Notes under the pieces: generated by a model
Told to the model about the DNA's origin: nothing
Seen by the model: the letters and a program-made list of their open reading frames with translations, nothing else
Databases searched by the model: none
DNA from: Patescibacteria group bacterium
Lineage (GTDB): Archaea; Nanobdellota; Nanobdellia; Pacearchaeales; GW2011-AR1
Assembly (NCBI GenBank): GCA_019428815.1
Contig: JAHYJW010000003.1
Coordinates: 20,617-84,616, forward strand
Length of the DNA stretch: 64,000 bases
Reading direction: 5' to 3'
In this document: positions 33,978 to 44,612 of the stretch, in pieces
How the letters are laid out: each line of letters starts with the position of its first letter
How positions within the stretch are numbered: position 1 is the first letter of the stretch
Translations under genes and position numbers: made by a program

Positions 33978-34216
33978 ATTCTATCTCCTAAGTTTAATTA
34001 ATTGAAACTTAATGTTTCAGAGAAATATACTAAAACTGATACTACAACTCATTTTAAACCCTTAAAGGGAATGTGAATCAAATTTAATGAACATGATGAT
34101 ATTAATGAATACAATGTCAATATCAATATATTTCTCAAGATATTTAGAATAAATTCGTTTTTAAGGTTTTCTATTAGGGAGATAAGTTTACTTAAGGATT
34201 TCTTTAAAGGAATATC

Positions 34217-34765
34217 CTAATTAGAAAATCCCAACCTTACCTTCTTTCCTCCTAATCTTTCATTAATATTTGAAATTTTTTCTTTAAATCCCTCTTTTTC
34301 TTTTTCAGAGGCGTTCATTTCCAAAAGTTTCTCATAAATCTTCACCGCATGAAACAACTTGTTACCCTCAAGAAACTTCTCTGCTTGGGTTTTATAAAAA
34401 TCTTTTATTGTGAGGTAAATTTCTTCTTTTTCAATAGAATTTGCTTCGTTCATAGCCTTTTTCATTGCAGCTTCTGTTTTTTGAAAATCATTTGACATAA
34501 TGTACCTTTCAGCCTCTTTTACATAATATTTCATTTTCTCAGAAAAAGTTAAAGAGAGCGTTCCAGCTTTACCATAATTTTTTGCGGATTCACTTAACAT
34601 TCCAATTTTCTCATAAACTTCTGCAAGTTTTAAGAAAATAAATTTCTTCATATCAATACTCGAAGATTCTTTTAAAAACCGATTTAAATAATCTAGTTGG
34701 ATATAATCCCCCTTTCCTTCAAGATTTTTTTCAATCTCTCTTTTAGTCATATTTTTATCTAACAT
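34217..34765 (-). CDS. Hypothetical alpha-helical (TPR/SNAP-like) repeat protein
   Basis: Repeating A..Y...G....A...Y pattern. Confidence 0.6.
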   Translation of the reverse strand: MLDKNMTKREIEKNLEGKGDYIQLDYLNRFLKESSSIDMKKFIFLKLAEVYEKIGMLSESAKNYGKAGTLSLTFSEKMKYYVKEAERYIMSNDFQKTEAAMKKAMNEANSIEKEEIYLTIKDFYKTQAEKFLEGNKLFHAVKIYEKLLEMNASEKEKEGFKEKISNINERLGGKKVRLGFSN

Positions 34766-34920
34766 TATTCAATTGAGTTTAAAGGGTATTTAAAAATTAT
34801 TAATTTTCAGTACCAGCTCAAAAGACTAAATCAAAATTAAATGAGGCCTTAGAAAGAATTCCAAAATTTTTGAGAATAACAAAAGATAAAAGTTTTTAGG
34901 ATAAAATACCTTAAAAATAA

Positions 34921-36207
34921 CTAATTTTTCTTTTTTACAATCTCATTACAAATTCCTGCTGCAACTGTTTGACCTGCGTCTCTAACAGCAAATCTACTCA
35001 TATGAGGATTATCTTTCTGTATCTCTAGGCAAAGATTTCCTTGAGGCTTGATTCTAACTTTTGCACTATCTCCATTCTTTAAAAAGTCAGGATTTTTCTT
35101 TATAACCTCTCCTGTTCTGGGATCAATTTGCTCTATAAGTTCAACAAATTGGCAAGGAACTTGAGCTGTGTGAACATGGAATACTGGAGTATATCCCTTT
35201 GCTAAGACTGTTTGATGATTGATAACTGTTATTGTTGCAATGAACTCTTCAACAACACTTGAAGGTCTTGATGCTTCGCAGATAACATCCCCACGAGCAA
35301 TATCTTTTTTACCAACACCTCTAATGTTTATTCCAACATTATCCCCAGCAATTGCTTCTTTTAAACTTTCATGATGCATTTCGATTGTTCTAATTTCTCC
35401 TTCAATTCCTTTTCCAGTTCTACCAGGCAATACAACAACTTTTTGGCCAAGAGTCATAATACCTGTTTCTACCTTTCCTACAGGAACAGTACCAATTCCA
35501 GTAATTTCATACACATCTTGAACTGGCATCCTCATAGGTAAATCAGTAGGAAGTTTTGGTTCTGGAAATTGATCAAATTGTTCTACAATTGTAGGCCCTT
35601 TATACCAAGGCATTTTATCTGATTTTTTAGCAATATTTTCTCCTTTTAATCCTGAACAAGCAACAAAAGGTGTTACCTCGGGATTTATTCCAACTCCCTG
35701 AAGTAATTTCCCAACTTCTTCTTTAACTTTTTTGAATTTTTCCTCACTGTACTCTACAGCATCCATTTTATTTATTGCAACTGCAATATTCTTAACACCC
35801 ATTGTTCTTAAAAGCCATAAATGTTCAGTTGTTTGTGGCTGAACTCCTGCAGGAGCAGCAATAACTAAAAAAGCAGCATCTGCTTGACTTGCCCCAGTTA
35901 TCATATTTTTAACAAAATCTCTGTGACCAGGAGCGTCAATTATTGTGATTTGATATTTTTGTGTTAAAAGTTTCTTATATGAAAGATCAATTGTAACCCC
36001 TCTTTCTCTTTCTTCTCTAATTTTATCCATGACATAAGCAAACTCAAATCCAATCTTACCATGTTTTTCTGCTTCTTGTCTTAATTTAGCCATTTGTTGT
36101 TCAGAAACATTTCCGGTATCTAAGAGTAATCGCCCAACTACTGTTGATTTTCCTGCATCAACGTGTCCAACAAAGACCGCGTTCATATTTGGTTTTTCTT
36201 TAGCCAT
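34921..36207 (-). CDS. tuf: Elongation factor 1-alpha
   Basis: GHVDAGKS, ERERGVTID, DAPGHRDF, NKMD. Confidence 0.98.
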   Translation of the reverse strand: MAKEKPNMNAVFVGHVDAGKSTVVGRLLLDTGNVSEQQMAKLRQEAEKHGKIGFEFAYVMDKIREERERGVTIDLSYKKLLTQKYQITIIDAPGHRDFVKNMITGASQADAAFLVIAAPAGVQPQTTEHLWLLRTMGVKNIAVAINKMDAVEYSEEKFKKVKEEVGKLLQGVGINPEVTPFVACSGLKGENIAKKSDKMPWYKGPTIVEQFDQFPEPKLPTDLPMRMPVQDVYEITGIGTVPVGKVETGIMTLGQKVVVLPGRTGKGIEGEIRTIEMHHESLKEAIAGDNVGINIRGVGKKDIARGDVICEASRPSSVVEEFIATITVINHQTVLAKGYTPVFHVHTAQVPCQFVELIEQIDPRTGEVIKKNPDFLKNGDSAKVRIKPQGNLCLEIQKDNPHMSRFAVRDAGQTVAAGICNEIVKKKN

Positions 36208-36309
36208 TTTCTTTTTAAAAGTTTGTTAAGAAGTTTTAACAATGGTTAATAAAAATTTAGGTTTATAAAGTTTTTGTTTTAATAGTTTATAAAATAAACA
36301 CGACCTAAA

Positions 36310-36948
36310 TTATTTTTTATTTTTATTTTTAATAAAAAAATTATTTTTAAGCGCCGATAAAGAAAGGAGGATAATGGTTATTCCTAATAAATATGCACCA
36401 AATATATCTGTAATCCAATGAACATTTAAATAAACCCTCGTAAAACTCACAAAAAAGATTAATAAAAAATTCAAAAAAATAAATCCTATCTTAAAAATTT
36501 TATTTTTTATTTTGTCACTATAAAAATATATACACAGTGAAAAGAGGATAATTGAGAAAAGGGCATGCCCACTAGGAAAACTATATCCCCCTTGAATTAG
36601 TAACGGATTATTTGGTCGAGCTCTTTGTAAGATTAATTTTAAGATATTTTCTAATAAAAACCCTAAAATTAAACTCATTATTAAAACAAAAGATTCCTTG
36701 TATCTTTTTTCAATAAATAAATTAAATGACAAGACTAAAGCTGATAAAACAAGGATTATTGCGAGATATTCTCCAAAAAAGAGGAATATCTCTTCAAGAA
36801 AACCTCCCCATAAAGAACTAATTTTTTGATTTACTAAAAAATCTAAATTAAATAAAATACTTAAAATGAACATTAAAACAAAAAGAGAGATAATTAATAT
36901 CGGTAAAATTAAATTTTTTTTGAAATTTTTTTTATCGTTTTTATACAT
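36310..36948 (-). CDS. PAP2-family membrane phosphatase
   Basis: KLILQRARP, YSFPSGH, TRVYLNVHWITD. Confidence 0.92.
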   Translation of the reverse strand: MYKNDKKNFKKNLILPILIISLFVLMFILSILFNLDFLVNQKISSLWGGFLEEIFLFFGEYLAIILVLSALVLSFNLFIEKRYKESFVLIMSLILGFLLENILKLILQRARPNNPLLIQGGYSFPSGHALFSIILFSLCIYFYSDKIKNKIFKIGFIFLNFLLIFFVSFTRVYLNVHWITDIFGAYLLGITIILLSLSALKNNFFIKNKNKK

Positions 36949-37013
36949 TTTTAAAGAAAGAAGTTTAGAATTATAAAATTATCGATTAGAGGTTAAAGTT
37001 CTAAAGTTTAAGT

Positions 37014-39179
37014 TTATTGATTTTCGCTTAGTCCTTTTCTTTCTCTAATTCTTCTAACTACCTCTGGTTGAATACTTGCAGGAACTTTTTCAAAACTTTG
37101 GTTTAATAATGAAGATGTTCCTCTTCCTTCTGTTGAACTTCTCAAATCGTTACTCCAACCAATCATTTCTGCAACAGGGAGTCTTGCTTTCATTTCTGCT
37201 TGGGTACCGGTTTGATTAACTTCTAACATCTGTCCTCTTTTACTTCCAATAAGTTTTGTAACATCGCCTAAAAATCTATCCGGCATTTCAATGAGGTGTG
37301 TTTGTAATGGTTCAAGAATATAAGGCGCTGCTCTCTTCATTGATTCAACAATTGCTTCTCTAACTGCAGGATAAACTTGTGCTGGTCCTCTATGTATTGC
37401 ATCTTCATGGAGTTTAGTATCAACAAGAGAAACTTTAAGTTTCATAGAGGGTTCTCTTGCTAAAGGCCCTTGATCCATTATCATTTCAAAAGCGTCTAAG
37501 ACCATCTCTATGACCTCTCCGATATGAACTTCTCCTCGAGTCTCATCTAAAAAGACATTCCCTTTATAAATTTCTTTAACATCCCTGATTACATCACCAG
37601 ACCAACCTAAATTAGAAAGTACCTTAGACACTTCTTCGTTCTTCTTTTTCATTCTTCCTTCAGGAAGGTCTCCTTCTTTTATTGCTTCATAAACTTCATC
37701 CTCGAGAGGTGCAACTTTGATATAAAATATATTATGCTTATTTGGACTTCTTCCTTCTACAACCGGTGATTCTTTACCAATAGTCTCTCTATAAACTATA
37801 ATCGGAGAAGAAGTTCTTACCTCTAATCCTTTTTCTGTTTTTATTCTGTTTTCTATTATTTCTAAATGAAGTTCCCCCATCCCGCTCATAAGGGATTCTC
37901 CGGTTTGTTCATTTATTTCTATTCTTATAGAAGGGTCTTCTTTTTTTACTTGTTTTAATATTTCAACTAACTTTGGAAGGTCTGCTGCTTTTGTTGCTTC
38001 AATAGATTTGGTAACAACTGGCTCAAAAAGGTGTTTAATTGCTTCAAAGGGTTCTATAGGACCTTTACTAACTGTTTCTCCCGCAAAAACATCCTTTAAT
38101 CCGACAACGCCAATTACATTCCCTGCGCTTACTTGGTCTACGATAACTCTTTGAGCACCCTTATAAACAGAAACCTGTTGTATTCTAACTTTTCGTTTAG
38201 CAAGGTTCATATAAACTTCATCTCCTTGTTTAATTGTTCCTGAGAATAATCTTCCTGCAGCAATTTCCCCCGCATGTTTATCAACAACAATTTTAGTAGG
38301 AACAAAAACAGGGTCGCCCTTTGGAGAACAAGTTAATAATGATTTTCCGATTTCAGAATCCAAATCCCCATGCCAAATTTTGGGAATTCTATAAAGTTGT
38401 GCTTGAACAGGATTTGGATGATGTCTTATTACCATATTCAAAACAACCTCATGTAAAGGCGCTTTTTTTGCAAGTTCTCTAACCTGATCTTTTTCATAAG
38501 CATCAATAACATCTTTAAAAGTAAGACCTTTCTTTTTCATATAAGGAAAACTAAGCGCCCAATTATGAAATGCAGACCCAAAAGAAACTTCTCCTTCTGA
38601 AACTGCCACCTTCCATTTTTCCTTATATCCTTCGGGGGCTATATTATGAATCAATTCATTTACATGATTAATGACCTTAATAAAACGAGCTTCCATTTCT
38701 TGAGGAGTTAATTTAACTTCCTTAATGAGCCTATCAACTTTGTTCAGAAACAAAACCGGCTTAACGAGTTCTTTTAATGCTTGTCTTACAACCGTCTCTG
38801 TTTGGGGCATCACACCTTCAACAGCGTCAACTAAAATAATACATCCATCTACTGCCCTCATTGCTCTAGTAACATCTCCACCAAAATCAACATGACCAGG
38901 GGTATCAATTAAATTGATTAGATATTCTTGATTATCCAATTTATGAATCATACTAACAGAAGCAGAATCAATAGTAATCCCTCTTGAAGCTTCATCTGCA
39001 TGGAAATCTAATGCTAATTGTTTACCTGCAAGTTCTTCAGAGATCATTCCTGCACCAGATAAAAGATTATCAGAAAAGGTTGTTTTACCATGATCAATAT
39101 GCGCAGCAATGGCGATATTTCTAATTCCCTCTTGTTTACACATTAATTCTTGAATTTTTTTTGCTTTATCGTCTGCCAT
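37014..39179 (-). CDS. fusA: Elongation factor 2
   Basis: AHIDHGKT, RGITI, DTPGHVDF, diphthamide loop HEDAIHRGPAQ. Confidence 0.98.
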   Translation of the reverse strand: MADDKAKKIQELMCKQEGIRNIAIAAHIDHGKTTFSDNLLSGAGMISEELAGKQLALDFHADEASRGITIDSASVSMIHKLDNQEYLINLIDTPGHVDFGGDVTRAMRAVDGCIILVDAVEGVMPQTETVVRQALKELVKPVLFLNKVDRLIKEVKLTPQEMEARFIKVINHVNELIHNIAPEGYKEKWKVAVSEGEVSFGSAFHNWALSFPYMKKKGLTFKDVIDAYEKDQVRELAKKAPLHEVVLNMVIRHHPNPVQAQLYRIPKIWHGDLDSEIGKSLLTCSPKGDPVFVPTKIVVDKHAGEIAAGRLFSGTIKQGDEVYMNLAKRKVRIQQVSVYKGAQRVIVDQVSAGNVIGVVGLKDVFAGETVSKGPIEPFEAIKHLFEPVVTKSIEATKAADLPKLVEILKQVKKEDPSIRIEINEQTGESLMSGMGELHLEIIENRIKTEKGLEVRTSSPIIVYRETIGKESPVVEGRSPNKHNIFYIKVAPLEDEVYEAIKEGDLPEGRMKKKNEEVSKVLSNLGWSGDVIRDVKEIYKGNVFLDETRGEVHIGEVIEMVLDAFEMIMDQGPLAREPSMKLKVSLVDTKLHEDAIHRGPAQVYPAVREAIVESMKRAAPYILEPLQTHLIEMPDRFLGDVTKLIGSKRGQMLEVNQTGTQAEMKARLPVAEMIGWSNDLRSSTEGRGTSSLLNQSFEKVPASIQPEVVRRIRERKGLSENQ

Positions 39180-39351
39180 TTTAATATTTTATTTTTTAAT
39201 TGAAATTTGAATCATAGAAGTTTAATTAAAAACTTAATGAGATATAATGAAATTATAAAAATTACTTTATAAAGTTTCTTATAAGAAAATTAGAAAATTT
39301 TTACTTGAATAAGAAAAATACTTTTACTAAAATTTAATTTATTTTTTAGTT

Positions 39352-39960
39352 TTATCTTGCAGAATCTGCTTGTTTTTCGGACTCAATTTTCTTTTTTATT
39401 GAATGACTTTCTTGATTCCCTTCAAAAGCTAAGATAATCTCTTCTGCAAGAGCTTGAGAGATATTTTTTTTCTTTCCAAAGGCTTTATCAGAAGCCCCCT
39501 GTACTAAATGTCTCAAAGAAAGGTTTACTCTCCTTGATGGTGAAACATCAACCGCCTGAGGATATCTTGCACCCCCATATTCAATAACCGTAATTTCATC
39601 TCTAGGAGCAGAGTTTTCAATTGCTTTTACAAAAACCTCCACAGGATTTTTACCGGTCTTTTTTTCGATTAATTTAAAAGATTCTAAAACAATTGCACAA
39701 TTCTTAGAATACTTTCCAGAAGATTTTCCTAAGATAACTTTATGTTTCTTACCCCTATGGCCTGCAACAGCAATTCTATTAATCAATCTCTCAACGATGT
39801 TTACTTTTGTTTGACCAAATTTTTGAACATTTCTTCCTTGACTTTTTAAAGCTAATTTTGGAGTTAAGTTTATAATAGCCTTTAAACCAATGTCTTGTAC
39901 TTCTATTCCTTCAGTATCATATAAATCAAAAATTTTGAATTTAATTTTTTGTTCTGACAT
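39352..39960 (-). CDS. rps7: 30S ribosomal protein uS7
   Basis: NIVERLIN, AIENSAPR, AVDVSPSRR. Confidence 0.96.
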   Translation of the reverse strand: MSEQKIKFKIFDLYDTEGIEVQDIGLKAIINLTPKLALKSQGRNVQKFGQTKVNIVERLINRIAVAGHRGKKHKVILGKSSGKYSKNCAIVLESFKLIEKKTGKNPVEVFVKAIENSAPRDEITVIEYGGARYPQAVDVSPSRRVNLSLRHLVQGASDKAFGKKKNISQALAEEIILAFEGNQESHSIKKKIESEKQADSAR

Positions 39961-39967
39961 TTTTTAT

Positions 39968-40390
39968 TTATCTCCTTCCCTTTTCAATTTTCTTTTGAAC
40001 TAGTCTCTGAAGAGGTTGGTCATTTACCTGTATAACCTGAAATCTAACTCCCGGGATGTCCCCCTTAGACCTTCCCTTGTTTCCCCCAATTCTCTCAATC
40101 ATTACCTCATCATGTTCATCAATATATTTTTGTGCAAGATTTCCGGGAATGAAAGCTGTTACAGATTTACCATTTTTAGTTAATTGAACTTTACAACATT
40201 TCCTCATAGCTGAATTTGGTTGTTTTGCTTCTTTCTGGACTTTTTGTAAAACAATTCCCTTTGCTTGATTAGCTCCTTCTAGGGGGTCTGATTTTGAATA
40301 AAGGCCTAAGGCTTTAACTTTATACCTTTTGTCTTTCCATCTAAATTTCTTTCTTGTTTTCTTTAACTTCAATGCATTTTTCAATCCCAT
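39968..40390 (-). CDS. rps12: 30S ribosomal protein uS12
   Basis: [20 protein letters not shown]. Confidence 0.97.
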   Translation of the reverse strand: MGLKNALKLKKTRKKFRWKDKRYKVKALGLYSKSDPLEGANQAKGIVLQKVQKEAKQPNSAMRKCCKVQLTKNGKSVTAFIPGNLAQKYIDEHDEVMIERIGGNKGRSKGDIPGVRFQVIQVNDQPLQRLVQKKIEKGRR

Positions 40391-40537
40391 GATTATATTC
40401 CTCCATAATTAATTGAGTATTCGGTTTTTAAAAGTTGTGATAAGTGTAAAAAATTTTGATTATTTATTAAGTATTATTCTATGGACAAAGATGAACGCAT
40501 TAAAATAGAAGAGATAGTCTTTTTCATTATTTTTAAA

Positions 40538-40951
40538 TTAGATTATTTTAAATTGCATCCCAAAGAAATCTTTTACTACTTTTTGCATTTCGTAAAGTCT
40601 TCTTTTATTTCTTCCGATAAGAGCTGCTTTATTGCTTCCCCCTGAGATAATTATCTCATTATCTTTTACTTCTAAACTTTTAAAAGTAGTTGGACTTATA
40701 ACGGCTTTTATAAATCCCTCGATATCTTTAGAACCTTCTGGTTGAGAAACAACCTTTATTCTTTTTCTCAAAATTTGACTCATCTTCTTTATATTTTTTC
40801 CTTCTGGACCAACTGCTTTAGCTTTAAGATGTTTCGGAACACAAAATACAATTGCTTCATTATAATTAAAACAAAAACGAGTTCTTACCCTCATTATTTT
40901 TTCAAATAGATTCAGATACCTCATATCTTGCATTTCTATTGTATTAGCCAT
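40538..40951 (-). CDS. nusA: Archaeal NusA-like KH protein
   Basis: AVGPEGKNIK and ALIGRN KH motifs; gene order. Confidence 0.9.
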   Translation of the reverse strand: MANTIEMQDMRYLNLFEKIMRVRTRFCFNYNEAIVFCVPKHLKAKAVGPEGKNIKKMSQILRKRIKVVSQPEGSKDIEGFIKAVISPTTFKSLEVKDNEIIISGGSNKAALIGRNKRRLYEMQKVVKDFFGMQFKII

Positions 40952-41104
40952 ATTTTTTTTGAGTTTTTATAAATTAAATTTAATTTTATTCTCTTCCTCT
41001 TTTATTTAAACTTTTCTTAAACTTTACGATTGTACTTTGAATATAAAAAGCCTAAATAAGAGGGTTTTTATTTGTTTAGGTTTTATCTTTTATAAAATAA
41101 GTTT

Positions 41105-44100
41105 TTATTTTTTTGTTTCTTCAACTATCTCCTTTGTTACCTCTTTTTTATCTGATTCTTTTTTATAAAGAGGACCTACAACTTTAACAAGAAGTCCGGG
41201 AAGGCCAGTTCCTATTGGGACAGGTTGATTTAAGATTATGTTTTCTATAACACTTGTAAGATTATCTTTGCTACCTTTAATTGTTGCATTAACAAATTGT
41301 TTAACTGGTGTTTCAAATGTAGCTCTTGCAAGGATAGATGATTTTTGAGAGATAATTCCCATTCTTGTTACCCCCCTAATTTCTCCAGTGTTAGTCATTG
41401 CATCGGCAACAAATTTAAGATGTCTTTTATCAATATTTAATCCCTGGTCGTTTAAAACATTCTGAATTTCGTTTACTATAAGTTGTCTAGCTGCTTCAAT
41501 ACCGAAGACATTAGCAACTTCGTGAAGGTCATTTGAAAAGAGTTTTTCTTGTGCAACTTCTTTCATTTCTAATAATTTCTTAAGGTTAGTACCTAAAGTT
41601 GTAACAATAAAATTATTATCCCTTTTAACAATCAAAACTTGTTTTATTCCTTTTATACCTGACACAATTGTTTTCTTAAGTTTTTCTTTAACTTTGTACA
41701 TCTCTCTAAAACTTTCATTCTGAAGACTCAAGGTTATTGAATCTTGTTTTTCTTTTGCGGTGAATCCTATATCTTTTATTTTTTCAACTATATTAGAAAT
41801 TGTAATATGACTATGTTTTAATTCTTCTTTATCAAGTAAGATTTCGATTTTTTTACCAGAGAAGTTTATTTCAATTTCAGACGCGATATCTTTTATTGTA
41901 ACTTCTCTTATTCTTTCTGCTAAATTTAAAGCGTCTTTCTCATTATTATATTCTTTTTTTAAATAAATCTCCATATTTTGAGAACTCTGTTTTTTCCTAG
42001 CATCAAATATTTCAATAAGTCTTGGTAATCCCCTAGTAACCTGCATTTCAGTGACTCCTGCGAAGTGGAATGTTCTTAAAACCATCTGAGTAGAAGGTTC
42101 TCCAAATGATTGTGATGCAATCAATCCGATTGCCTCTCCTGCCTCAAGTTTTCCTCGGGTATGTAATTTAGAAACATCTAATTCGTCATCACCGTATGCA
42201 AATTGAATTATATTATTGTTACTATCTCTTATCGTTCCATCATATTCTTTTCTTAAATCCTGAAGTGCATTTGCTAATCTTCGGTATAAATATCCGGATT
42301 TAGGTGTTCTTAAAGCGGTATCCATAAGAGTTGATCTTCCGGTCATTGCACCAAAGAAAAATTCATCAGGCCTTAATCCTTTTATGTATGAACTTTTAAT
42401 GAACCCTCTTGATTTTGGAGATAAATCCCCATCCTTGAAAAATGAAAGTGTCCTTCCACGATAACCTAAGTCTACTCTTTTTCCCTCCAAATCTTGTTGA
42501 CCAACACAACATGCCATCTGAGTGATATTTAAGATACTTCCACCTCCACCTGAGTTGATCATATGGGCCATAGAATTATCTTCAGGAAATTCTCTTTTGA
42601 TAACTTCCCCGATTTTGGTTCTTGCTTGATTTAAGACTTTCAGTATTTTAAGTTCTCTAGAATCTTCAGGAGTTTTACCCTGTATAACTTCTAAGGTACC
42701 CTTGTTATAAGATTCAATTATCTCAATTGTTTTTTCCTCAGATTTTTTTATAATTTCTTCACTTTCACTTAAAACCTTAGAGTCTACATCCAAATCTTTT
42801 AATGAGATTGTAATACCAGTTTGAGTAAGATAATTCTTTCCTAAATTGAAAGCTTTTTTTATTGTTTCGAATGCTATATTTCTCCCCCATTTTTTGTCTA
42901 TTTCTTTTATTAATATTCCATCTTCATCACCAAAGAAATTTTTATCAATTAAACCTTCCAAGATTTGCCCGTCTTTTATTTTCACTTTTTCATTTGAGAA
43001 ATCAATTTTAGGGAGTATCTTTGAAAACAATTCTTTTCCAGAAATAGTCTTCTTAGAAAAGGAAGAATCAACACCTGCTTGATAAAGAAGTTGAGAAGCA
43101 TCTTCACGAGTAAGGTCCTTTAATCCTAAAAGATATCCCCCAGTAATTGCATCAGATACACACCCTACCCAGTTAGTATTATTCTTCGGAGAAAATAAAT
43201 TCTTTTTTACTTCAAGAATTATTTTTGCTTCTGCTCTTGCTTCTTCTGTTTGAGGACTATGGATATTCATTTCATCACCATCAAAGTCCGCATTGTAAGG
43301 AGTTGCAACCGCAGGATGTAACCTAAAGGTTCTTCCTTTTAGTATACGCGCATAATGAGCCATAAGACTTCCCTTATGCAAACTAGGGTGTCGATTAAAT
43401 AATAGGATGTCTCCATTTTGAAGATGTCTTTCTATTTTATAACCCGGTATCAACTCACTGATTATTTCTTCTTTAAGATCCGGGGTTATTTTCTTTCTCT
43501 TTCCATCGGGCCTTATCACATAATTTGCTCCTGGATACTCTGAACCCCTTCTTACGAGTTCTTTAAACTTTTCAATATTTAGGTCAGTTATACTTTCTGC
43601 AACTGTTACAATCTTTGCAATTTCATAAGGAACTCCAACTTCATTAATCTCAATTGAAGGGTCTGGAGAAATGACAGTTCTTCCAGAATAATTTACTCTT
43701 TTTCCAGCAAGATTTTTACGTATTCTTCCTTCTTTTCCTTTTATTCTTTCAGTGATTGTTTTTAATGGTTGCCCAGATCTATGCCTAGCAGGGGGAATTC
43801 TTGTAACAGTATTGTCAAAGAAAGTTGTTATATGAAATTGTAACAAATCCCATAAATCTTCAATTATAACTTCTGGAGCTCCTGCATTCAGATTTTCCCA
43901 AAGTCTTTGATTTGCTCTTATAATATCAGAAAGTTTGTGTGTTAGATCATCTTCACTTCTTTCTCCAGATTCAAGGATTATGCTTGGTCTAACTGTTACA
44001 GGAGGAACAAGAAGCGAAGTAAGGATACCCCATTCTGGCCTGAAATTTTTAGCATTTATCCCTACTTTCTGTAGTTCTTCGTCAGGAATATTCGAAAGAA

Positions 44101-44593
44101 CTTCTCGTATTGCTGTTGGAAAGAATCTTGATTTTCCCCTATGAAAAGTTGTAGGCTTATCAAGTTTAACTTTTTCGTGAACTGCATTACAATGTGGACA
44201 ACGTTTTGCATCTTTTGCTTTTTTAGCTCTTTGGCTTGGAGAATTCTTTGCGATATCTTTTTCGGTTAGCATCAATTTTCCACAATCATGACAAAATGAT
44301 CTTAAACATAATTCAATTACAGGGACATATTTTAAGTGAACAACAGAACGTGCAAGATCAATACTTCCTGGATGACCTAGACATTCTTTTAATCTTCCCC
44401 CACAAGTTCTACATCTAACACCAGGATCAATAACACCTAACCTCAAATCCATTAATCCGCCATCTACAGGGTAACCGTCAATATCATAAAGTTCAGGAGT
44501 TACAATTTTTGCGACAGAAATTTTCTTTATCTTTTCAGGACTAAATAAAGAAAACGTCATTTCTTTTATTCTTTTTTTTATTACTGGTTGCAT
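41105..44593 (-). CDS. rpoA: RNA polymerase largest subunit, fused A'+A'' (Rpo1)
   Basis: Zn sites, NADFDGD, TPKSGY, then in the same frame GEAIG..SQSFGEPSTQM.LRTFH and RATFE. Confidence 0.97.
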   Translation of the reverse strand: MQPVIKKRIKEMTFSLFSPEKIKKISVAKIVTPELYDIDGYPVDGGLMDLRLGVIDPGVRCRTCGGRLKECLGHPGSIDLARSVVHLKYVPVIELCLRSFCHDCGKLMLTEKDIAKNSPSQRAKKAKDAKRCPHCNAVHEKVKLDKPTTFHRGKSRFFPTAIREVLSNIPDEELQKVGINAKNFRPEWGILTSLLVPPVTVRPSIILESGERSEDDLTHKLSDIIRANQRLWENLNAGAPEVIIEDLWDLLQFHITTFFDNTVTRIPPARHRSGQPLKTITERIKGKEGRIRKNLAGKRVNYSGRTVISPDPSIEINEVGVPYEIAKIVTVAESITDLNIEKFKELVRRGSEYPGANYVIRPDGKRKKITPDLKEEIISELIPGYKIERHLQNGDILLFNRHPSLHKGSLMAHYARILKGRTFRLHPAVATPYNADFDGDEMNIHSPQTEEARAEAKIILEVKKNLFSPKNNTNWVGCVSDAITGGYLLGLKDLTREDASQLLYQAGVDSSFSKKTISGKELFSKILPKIDFSNEKVKIKDGQILEGLIDKNFFGDEDGILIKEIDKKWGRNIAFETIKKAFNLGKNYLTQTGITISLKDLDVDSKVLSESEEIIKKSEEKTIEIIESYNKGTLEVIQGKTPEDSRELKILKVLNQARTKIGEVIKREFPEDNSMAHMINSGGGGSILNITQMACCVGQQDLEGKRVDLGYRGRTLSFFKDGDLSPKSRGFIKSSYIKGLRPDEFFFGAMTGRSTLMDTALRTPKSGYLYRRLANALQDLRKEYDGTIRDSNNNIIQFAYGDDELDVSKLHTRGKLEAGEAIGLIASQSFGEPSTQMVLRTFHFAGVTEMQVTRGLPRLIEIFDARKKQSSQNMEIYLKKEYNNEKDALNLAERIREVTIKDIASEIEINFSGKKIEILLDKEELKHSHITISNIVEKIKDIGFTAKEKQDSITLSLQNESFREMYKVKEKLKKTIVSGIKGIKQVLIVKRDNNFIVTTLGTNLKKLLEMKEVAQEKLFSNDLHEVANVFGIEAARQLIVNEIQNVLNDQGLNIDKRHLKFVADAMTNTGEIRGVTRMGIISQKSSILARATFETPVKQFVNATIKGSKDNLTSVIENIILNQPVPIGTGLPGLLVKVVGPLYKKESDKKEVTKEIVEETKK

Positions 44594-44612
44594 TTTTATT
44601 TAACTTAAATTT

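Noticed and set aside
33978..34150. Ile-rich leader peptide or structured leader upstream of dnaG
   Set aside because: Only very short frames without an SD and weak AT-rich hairpins; not distinguishable from chance
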